Source of the DNA: Flavobacteriaceae bacterium
Lineage (GTDB): Bacteria; Bacteroidota; Bacteroidia; Flavobacteriales; Flavobacteriaceae
NCBI GenBank assembly: GCA_041392125.1
Contig: JAWKMR010000008.1
Coordinates: 28,701 to 92,700, forward strand
DNA: 64,000 nucleotides
Direction: 5' to 3'
Numbering within the stretch: the first letter of the stretch is position 1; every line of letters begins with the position of its first letter. Shown one piece after another: positions 57,768-64,000 of this stretch. A program made the position numbers and the translations under genes. The notes under the pieces are model-generated. The model saw only the letters and a program-made list of their open reading frames with translations. It made no database searches and was not told the DNA's origin.

Positions 57768-59609
57768 ATGGCTGAAAAAGCAAAAAAAGAAGAAGCTGTT
57801 GTGGAAGAAACAGTAGCAACCCAACCAAAACAGGAACTATCTGCAAAAGAAGCAAATCCTGAAAAATTCCTTAAAGATTTTAACTGGCATAACTACGAAG
57901 AAGGCATTGACCAAGTAGACGAAGGGCAGTTAAAAGAATTCGAAAAATTAGTAGCCGAAAATTTTGTTGATAGTCTTGACGATGAAGTCGTGGTAGGTGA
58001 AGTAGTTCACTTAACCGACCGCGATGCTATTATAGATATCAACGCCAAAAGCGAGGGAGTAATTTCGTTAAACGAATTCCGTTACAACCCAAACTTGAAA
58101 GTAGGAGACAAAGTAGAAGTATTAATCGACGTACGTGAAGACGCTACCGGACAATTAATTCTTTCGCACCGTAAAGCACGTACCATTAAAGCGTGGGATC
58201 GTGTTAACAAAGCGCACGACGAAGGTACAGTAGTAAACGGTTTTGTAAAATGCAGAACCAAAGGAGGTATGATTGTAGATGTGTTTGGTATTGAAGCCTT
58301 CTTACCGGGATCACAAATTGATGTGAAGCCTATCCGTGATTACGATGTATACGTAGGTAAAACTATGGAGTTCAAGATTGTGAAAATTAATCATGAATTT
58401 AAAAACGTAGTAGTTTCTCATAAAGCACTTATTGAGGCTGATATCGAAGAACAGAAAAAAGAAATCATTGGACAACTTGAAAAAGGTCAGGTTCTTGAAG
58501 GAGTAGTTAAAAATGTTACTTCATATGGTGTATTTGTGGATCTTGGAGGTGTTGACGGATTAATTCATATTACCGATCTTTCGTGGTCACGTATCAATCA
58601 CCCCAACGAGATTGTAGAATTGGATCAAAAATTAAACGTGGTTATCCTTGATTTTGATGAAGATAAAACACGTATCCAATTAGGTCTTAAGCAATTAAAC
58701 CCACATCCATGGGAAGCTTTAGGACAGGAATTAAAAGTAGGCGATAAAGTAAAAGGAAAAGTAGTAGTTATTGCAGATTACGGTGCCTTTATTGAAGTTG
58801 CTGAAGGAGTGGAAGGGCTTATCCACGTAAGTGAAATGTCTTGGTCAACGCATTTGCGTAGTGCTCAAGATTTTGTAAACGTAGGAGATGAAGTTGAAGC
58901 TGTAGTATTAACATTAGATCGTGAAGAGCGTAAAATGTCCTTAGGTATTAAGCAAATGACGCCAGATCCATGGACAGATATTACGTCAAAATATCCTGTA
59001 GGCTCTAAGCATAAAGGAATTGTTCGCAATTTCACCAACTTTGGTGTTTTTGTGGAATTAGAAGAAGGAATTGACGGATTAATCTACATCAGCGATCTTT
59101 CTTGGACCAAGAAAATTAAGCACCCAAGTGAATTTACCAATATTGGCGATAAGCTAGAGGTTGTTGTTCTTGAGTTAGATGTAGAAGGACGTAAATTAAG
59201 TCTTGGTCACAAACAAACTACCGACAATCCTTGGGATAAATACGAAGATGAATTTGCCTTAGGAACTAAGCATACTGCTACCATTGACGAAATGGTGGAT
59301 AAAGGAGCTGTAATTAACTTTAACGAGGACATTAGTGCTTTTGTTCCAAAGCGTCATCTAGAAAAAGAAGACGGTAGTGAACTGAAGAAAGGGGAGGAAG
59401 CAGAATTTGTAATTATTGAATTCAATAAAGAATTCAAGAAAGTAGTTGCTTCTCACATGTCTGTTCATAAAGAAGAAGAAGCTAAAATTGTAAAGCAAGC
59501 TGCTAAAGCTGCTGCGCAACAAGCGGAAGAAGCAAAACCAACGTTAGGGGATGCTAATGCCAAGCTTCAAGAGATTAAAGACCAAATGGAAGGAAAGAAA
59601 AAGAAATAA
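57768..59609 (+). CDS. rpsA: 30S ribosomal protein S1
   Basis: Six S1 repeats (e.g. YGVFVDLGGVDGLIHITDLSW, FGVFVELEEGIDGLI). Confidence 0.97.
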   Translation: MAEKAKKEEAVVEETVATQPKQELSAKEANPEKFLKDFNWHNYEEGIDQVDEGQLKEFEKLVAENFVDSLDDEVVVGEVVHLTDRDAIIDINAKSEGVISLNEFRYNPNLKVGDKVEVLIDVREDATGQLILSHRKARTIKAWDRVNKAHDEGTVVNGFVKCRTKGGMIVDVFGIEAFLPGSQIDVKPIRDYDVYVGKTMEFKIVKINHEFKNVVVSHKALIEADIEEQKKEIIGQLEKGQVLEGVVKNVTSYGVFVDLGGVDGLIHITDLSWSRINHPNEIVELDQKLNVVILDFDEDKTRIQLGLKQLNPHPWEALGQELKVGDKVKGKVVVIADYGAFIEVAEGVEGLIHVSEMSWSTHLRSAQDFVNVGDEVEAVVLTLDREERKMSLGIKQMTPDPWTDITSKYPVGSKHKGIVRNFTNFGVFVELEEGIDGLIYISDLSWTKKIKHPSEFTNIGDKLEVVVLELDVEGRKLSLGHKQTTDNPWDKYEDEFALGTKHTATIDEMVDKGAVINFNEDISAFVPKRHLEKEDGSELKKGEEAEFVIIEFNKEFKKVVASHMSVHKEEEAKIVKQAAKAAAQQAEEAKPTLGDANAKLQEIKDQMEGKKKK

Positions 59610-59630
59610 TTTCTCACCATTTTACCCTAT

Positions 59631-59662
59631 AAAAGCCCTTCAATTTTGAAGGGTTTTTTTTT
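59631..59662 (+). terminator. rpsA terminator
   Basis: AAGCCCTTCAA / TTGAAGGGTT followed by a long T-run. Confidence 0.85.
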
Positions 59663-59708
59663 GAAAAATATTTTTGTTAAATTGAACTTCAAACAAAATA
59701 TTTTACCA

Positions 59709-60581
59709 ATGAAATTAATAAAAATACTTCTCTACTTTTTTTGTTTTGTGGCATTAGTTTCTTGTGATTTATTCAAAGGAAGTGATGACGAAGACCCAAC
59801 ACTTATAGAAGGATGTACAAATTTGAACAGTTTTAACTACAGTAGTGAAGCGGATACAGACGATGGCTCTTGCATAGAAATGTATGGCTGTCTTGGTTAT
59901 TTCGGAGGCTATTCTAACTCAGGTTCATTGGGGGTTACATTAAACGATCCATATTGGGATCAAAAAATGAATGAAGAGGTAATTATTCAACGTAATTTTT
60001 TTAACGGAATACCAGCAAATGTTTATGTTTTATATGAGCCTAGTGTAAATCATAAAAATGCATATGCATCACCGCAAGGTCAAATTATGTTTGGCTACCA
60101 CATGTTTTATTATACAATTTCTGTATATGGTGAATTACCGGTAGCAGGGATATTGGCACATGAATGGGGACACAGAACACAATTTTATCATAACTGGGGG
60201 TATGATGAAAAACACTATCAAGAATTAGAAGCAGATGCTTTTTCTGGGTTCTATATGGCGTTAGCAAAACAATATGCTTGGGCTAATATTGAATCTTATT
60301 TTGCCAATGTCTATGCAAACGGAGATTATAATTTTAATCACCCAACCCATCATGGAACTCCAGAACAACGACTAGCTTCTGCTTATTTAGGAGTAAATAC
60401 AGCAATTGAAATATTGAATTCCGGAAAGCCATTAAGCTATCAAGAGCTACATTCATTATTTATAAATGAAATAGAAACATACATTAATAACGAGCCCCAA
60501 TCTAATCGATTTATTGAAGTGAAATACCCAGAAAATCTTACTAATGCCTATATTGAATCACTATTTCCTTATATTGAATAA
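59709..60581 (+). CDS. Lipoprotein neutral zinc metallopeptidase (YpfJ-like; likely start ATG 59709)
   Basis: Lipobox LVSC; AHEWGH, ELEADAFSG and HGTPEQR motifs. Confidence 0.8.
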   Translation: MKLIKILLYFFCFVALVSCDLFKGSDDEDPTLIEGCTNLNSFNYSSEADTDDGSCIEMYGCLGYFGGYSNSGSLGVTLNDPYWDQKMNEEVIIQRNFFNGIPANVYVLYEPSVNHKNAYASPQGQIMFGYHMFYYTISVYGELPVAGILAHEWGHRTQFYHNWGYDEKHYQELEADAFSGFYMALAKQYAWANIESYFANVYANGDYNFNHPTHHGTPEQRLASAYLGVNTAIEILNSGKPLSYQELHSLFINEIETYINNEPQSNRFIEVKYPENLTNAYIESLFPYIE

Positions 60582-60670
60582 TTTTTAAATATATATTTTC
60601 ATTACTGATTTTACCAATTTTGTAAATAAATCCTTTAAATTTGCCTTCTGAATAAGATTCAGAAATTTCT

Positions 60671-61210
60671 ATGAGCCAAAAAGTGCTACTCAACGCCACT
60701 GAAATTAACATCGCACTCCACCGTTTGGCTTGTCAATTAATTGAAAATCACGATACCTTTCAAAATACCGTACTCATTGGCATTCAGCCAAGAGGAATTT
60801 TTTTGGCAGAACGCTTAAAAAAGATTTTGGAAGTAGATTATCAAATTCAAAACATAAAGTTAGGATATCTGGATATTACCTTTTACAGAGACGATTTCAG
60901 AAGAAGTGATAAACCTCTCGAGGCAAATACTACCAAAATTGACTTTATTGTAGAAAATAAAAAGGTAGTATTTATTGACGATGTTTTATACACAGGGCGA
61001 AGCATTCGAAGTGCTTTAACAGCCATTCAATCCTTTGGAAGGCCTTTGGAGATAGAGTTGTTAACCCTTATCGACAGAAGATTTAGCCGTCATTTACCTA
61101 TTCAACCCGATTATCGTGGAAGACAGGTAGATGCTATTAATAATGAAAAAGTAAAAGTGTGCTGGAAGGAGAACGATGGGGAAGATGCCGTATATTTAGT
61201 AGAACGATAG
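60671..61210 (+). CDS. pyrR: PyrR bifunctional regulator / uracil phosphoribosyltransferase
   Basis: LDITFYRDD, IDDVLYTGRSIRSA and R.LPIQPDY motifs. Confidence 0.94.
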   Translation: MSQKVLLNATEINIALHRLACQLIENHDTFQNTVLIGIQPRGIFLAERLKKILEVDYQIQNIKLGYLDITFYRDDFRRSDKPLEANTTKIDFIVENKKVVFIDDVLYTGRSIRSALTAIQSFGRPLEIELLTLIDRRFSRHLPIQPDYRGRQVDAINNEKVKVCWKENDGEDAVYLVER

Positions 61211-61211
61211 T

Positions 61212-62150
61212 ATGAGCGAACTAAGCGTTAATCACTTACTAGGAATTAAATACATTACCGAAGACGATATTCAACTTATCTTCGAAACTGCAGACCATTT
61301 TAAAGAAGTGATTAATCGGCCCATAAAAAAAGTACCTTCACTTCGCGATATTACCATTGCCAATCTCTTTTTTGAAAATAGTACTCGTACTAGACTTTCT
61401 TTTGAACTGGCAGAAAAACGTCTCTCTGCAGATGTAATCAACTTTTCTGCGGCTTCCTCTTCCGTAAAAAAAGGGGAAACACTTATTGATACGGTGAATA
61501 ATATTCTTTCTATGAAAGTAGATATGGTCGTGATGCGACATCCTAATGCCGGTGCAGGTATATTTCTGTCAAAACATATTAATGCTAGTATTGTGAATGC
61601 CGGGGATGGTGCTCATGAACATCCTACCCAAGCATTGCTGGATTGTTTTTCTATTCGAGAAAAATTGGGTGATGTAGCAGGAAAAAAAGTAGTTATTGTG
61701 GGAGACATTCTTCATTCCAGAGTTGCTTTATCTAATATTTTTGCATTGCAAAAGTTAGGAGCAAAGGTTAAAGTGTGTGGTCCTAAAACACTTATTCCTA
61801 AATATATAACTAAATTAGGGGTAGAAGTAGAAGGAAATTTAAGAACCGCATTGGAATGGTGTGATGTGGCAAACATGCTTCGTGTTCAAAATGAACGAAT
61901 GGATATAAGCTATTTTCCTTCTACCAGAGAATATGCCCAACAATTCGGACTTACCAAGCAACTATTAAACTCGCTAAACAAAGAGATAATTGTGATGCAC
62001 CCAGGGCCAATTAACAGAGGAGTTGAGATTACGAGTGACGTTGCAGACAGTAAGCAATCTATTATTTTAGATCAGGTGCAAAACGGTGTGGCAATACGAA
62101 TGGCAGTTATTTATTTATTGGCATCAAAAATTAAGCACCATGAAGATTAG
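61212..62150 (+). CDS. pyrB: Aspartate carbamoyltransferase catalytic subunit
   Basis: FFENSTRT, HEHPTQ, RVQNER and MHPGPINRG motifs. Confidence 0.97.
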   Translation: MSELSVNHLLGIKYITEDDIQLIFETADHFKEVINRPIKKVPSLRDITIANLFFENSTRTRLSFELAEKRLSADVINFSAASSSVKKGETLIDTVNNILSMKVDMVVMRHPNAGAGIFLSKHINASIVNAGDGAHEHPTQALLDCFSIREKLGDVAGKKVVIVGDILHSRVALSNIFALQKLGAKVKVCGPKTLIPKYITKLGVEVEGNLRTALEWCDVANMLRVQNERMDISYFPSTREYAQQFGLTKQLLNSLNKEIIVMHPGPINRGVEITSDVADSKQSIILDQVQNGVAIRMAVIYLLASKIKHHED

Positions 62151-62475
62151 CAATCATGACACTTTTGTGGTCTTAGCAGACGATAGAGGTCCTTTTTCAG
62201 ACTTTGTTCCCTTTATTTCTTCTGAAGTTTTAAAAAACTATAAAGGCATAAATGTAGTGATTGATCTTTTAAAGTATACCCACATTACACTAGAGGAGTT
62301 ATTGCTTTTAATACCTATTTCAACGAAACACCGGGCAGAAAAAAAATCATTCGTAATTGTAAATAGCACTATTAACCCGGACGATATTCCAGATGAAATG
62401 GTTGTTGTACCCACGCTCCAAGAAGCCGAAGACATCATTGAAATGGAAGAAATTGAACGAGATTTAGGGTTTTAA
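62140..62475 (+). CDS. Conserved flavobacterial hypothetical protein upstream of rnz (likely start ATG 62140)
   Basis: KKSFVIV...VVPTLQEA.DIIEMEEIERDLGF terminus; overlaps the pyrB end. Confidence 0.7.
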   Translation: MKISNHDTFVVLADDRGPFSDFVPFISSEVLKNYKGINVVIDLLKYTHITLEELLLLIPISTKHRAEKKSFVIVNSTINPDDIPDEMVVVPTLQEAEDIIEMEEIERDLGF

Positions 62476-62500
62476 TTTTCGAAAATAATAAAACATTCTT

Positions 62501-63409
62501 TTGAAATTAACCATTCTTGGCTGTCATTCTGCTACCCCAAGGGCTTTTCATAACCCTACCGCTCAGGTTTTGGAAATCAAAGGACATCTATTTTTAATTG
62601 ATTGTGGCGAAGGAACACAAATACAGTTGCGACGAAATGCAATAAAATTTTCCCGAATCAAGCATATTTTTATTTCGCACTTACACGGAGATCATTTTTT
62701 TGGATTGGTAGGTCTAATTTCTACCTTCCGTTTATTAGGTAGGGAAGCTGAGCTCCACGTCTATGGCCCTAAAGGCATTAAAGAAGCCATTACGCTTCAA
62801 TTAAAATTAGGAAACAGCTGGACCAATTTTCCCCTTTTGTTTCACGAATTAGAACAATATGAGCCGGAATTAATTTTTGAGGATAACAGTCTTTCCGTAA
62901 CCACAATTCCTCTGAAACATCGTGTATATACTAATGGGTACTTATTTCAAGAAAAAGCAGGAGAACGAAAACTAAATATAGAAGCTGCTGTAGCATCAAA
63001 AATTGATCAAAGCTATTTTACAAAACTTAAGCAAGGTTTAGATGTGGTAAATAGAGAAGGGAATATCATTTTAAATGATGCCGTCACAATTCCTCCGGAC
63101 CCACCCAAAAGCTATGCTTATTGTAGCGATACGATGTATTACCCAGAGATTATTTCACAAATTACAGGAGCTACTGTTTTATATCATGAATCTACTTTTT
63201 TGGAAACCCACGAAGAACTTTGTGAAAAAACCATGCACAGTACTGCCGCTCAAGCAGGGAAAATTGCTCTTGCAGCAAGAGTTGGGACACTTATTTTAGG
63301 ACATTATTCCGGAAGGTATTCAAGTTTAACCCCTTTTAAAGAAGAGGCTCAACAGGTTTTTCAAAATGTGGAATTGGCAGAGGATGGTAAAGTCTTCCAT
63401 TTTTCTTAA
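62501..63409 (+). CDS. rnz: Ribonuclease Z
   Basis: LIDCGEGTQ, SHLHGDH, YCSDT, HESTF, HST and GHYSGRY motifs. Confidence 0.95.
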   Translation: MKLTILGCHSATPRAFHNPTAQVLEIKGHLFLIDCGEGTQIQLRRNAIKFSRIKHIFISHLHGDHFFGLVGLISTFRLLGREAELHVYGPKGIKEAITLQLKLGNSWTNFPLLFHELEQYEPELIFEDNSLSVTTIPLKHRVYTNGYLFQEKAGERKLNIEAAVASKIDQSYFTKLKQGLDVVNREGNIILNDAVTIPPDPPKSYAYCSDTMYYPEIISQITGATVLYHESTFLETHEELCEKTMHSTAAQAGKIALAARVGTLILGHYSGRYSSLTPFKEEAQQVFQNVELAEDGKVFHFS

Positions 63410-63430
63410 CTTTCGTTTTATATTTTATAA

Positions 63431-63910
63431 ATGAATCTTTCACAGCAATTAGCAAACCGATTTAGAGAAGTACTTCTGAACGGTAGATGGGTGGCTAATA
63501 CCAATTATAAAGACCAATTAGAAAAACTATCACTGGAAAAAGCGTCGATAAAAATTGCCTCTTTAAATAGCATTGAAATACTTTCACAACACATCCATTA
63601 CTATATTGCCGGTGTTACTAAGGTGTTGGAAGGAGGTACCCTCGAGATTAGAGACGCTTTTAGTTTTGACTTTCCTCCTATGACGTCTCAAGAACAATGG
63701 AATTCATTTTTAGATCGATTTTGGAGCGATTCTGAAAATTTCGCCACATTAGTTGAAAAACTGGACGATATTCAATTAAAAGCTCCCTTTGTAGATGAAA
63801 AATACGGATCTTATTTGCGAAATATTGAGGGTATGATTGAGCATTGCTACTATCATTTAGGCCAAATAGTATTGCTTAACAAATTACTTTCAGGACGAGA
63901 CAATGTTTGA
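63431..63910 (+). CDS. DinB/DUF1572-like protein
   Basis: NSI..L..HI.YY and IEH.YYHLGQI motifs. Confidence 0.8.
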   Translation: MNLSQQLANRFREVLLNGRWVANTNYKDQLEKLSLEKASIKIASLNSIEILSQHIHYYIAGVTKVLEGGTLEIRDAFSFDFPPMTSQEQWNSFLDRFWSDSENFATLVEKLDDIQLKAPFVDEKYGSYLRNIEGMIEHCYYHLGQIVLLNKLLSGRDNV

Positions 63911-64000
63911 TACTACTATTTAACCCAAATTTAAATTAAAAGCTATTTTACAACCGCATTAAAACTCGTACCTTGCAACAAGCAATTGAATGTATGCGAG

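Noticed and set aside
60582-60670. PyrR attenuator upstream of pyrR-pyrB
   Set aside because: The -7 element TAAATTTG (60636-60643) leaves only about 20 nt of leader, and no terminator/antiterminator is visible.
63994-64000. ATG of a following gene at the window edge
   Set aside because: Only two codons are visible, so it cannot be supported.

Overview
Chromosomal, AT-rich, gene-dense window from a member of the Flavobacteriaceae (Bacteroidota). The assignment rests on TAnnTTTG promoters, T9SS genes (porQ and a CTD cargo protein), a Flavo-type 6S RNA and signal peptides ending in Q. Most of the window is core housekeeping: iscS, zapA/6S/rny, xerD, smpB, clpB, corA, fahA, glyA, SRP RNA, fsa/tal, ABC-F, lon, porQ, cmk, rpsA, pyrR-pyrB and rnz. 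I found no prophage, IS element, CRISPR array, tRNA or rRNA. The most interesting signals are non-coding or sub-60-aa features that the ORF track misses. (1) Three matching ECF-sigma promoters (TGTAACA-N15-YRTCTnTATA) drive the ECF/anti-sigma operon itself and two unannotated small-ORF transcripts. The leaders of those two transcripts share blocks complementary to a U/G-rich tract of a candidate convergent sRNA. (2) Matching sigma-54-like promoters and paired GACA-N3-TGWC boxes occur at clpB and lon. (3) The rpsA leader has two hairpins whose loops are complementary in two crossing segments. (4) A hybrid two-component regulator has a 21-bp-spaced direct-repeat site in front of a 1196-aa secreted fibre protein with an S74 chaperone domain. 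(5) A stand-alone NUMOD4-HNH-HTH gene appears to have a degenerate active site. All functional calls come from motif recognition by eye; no searches were run.
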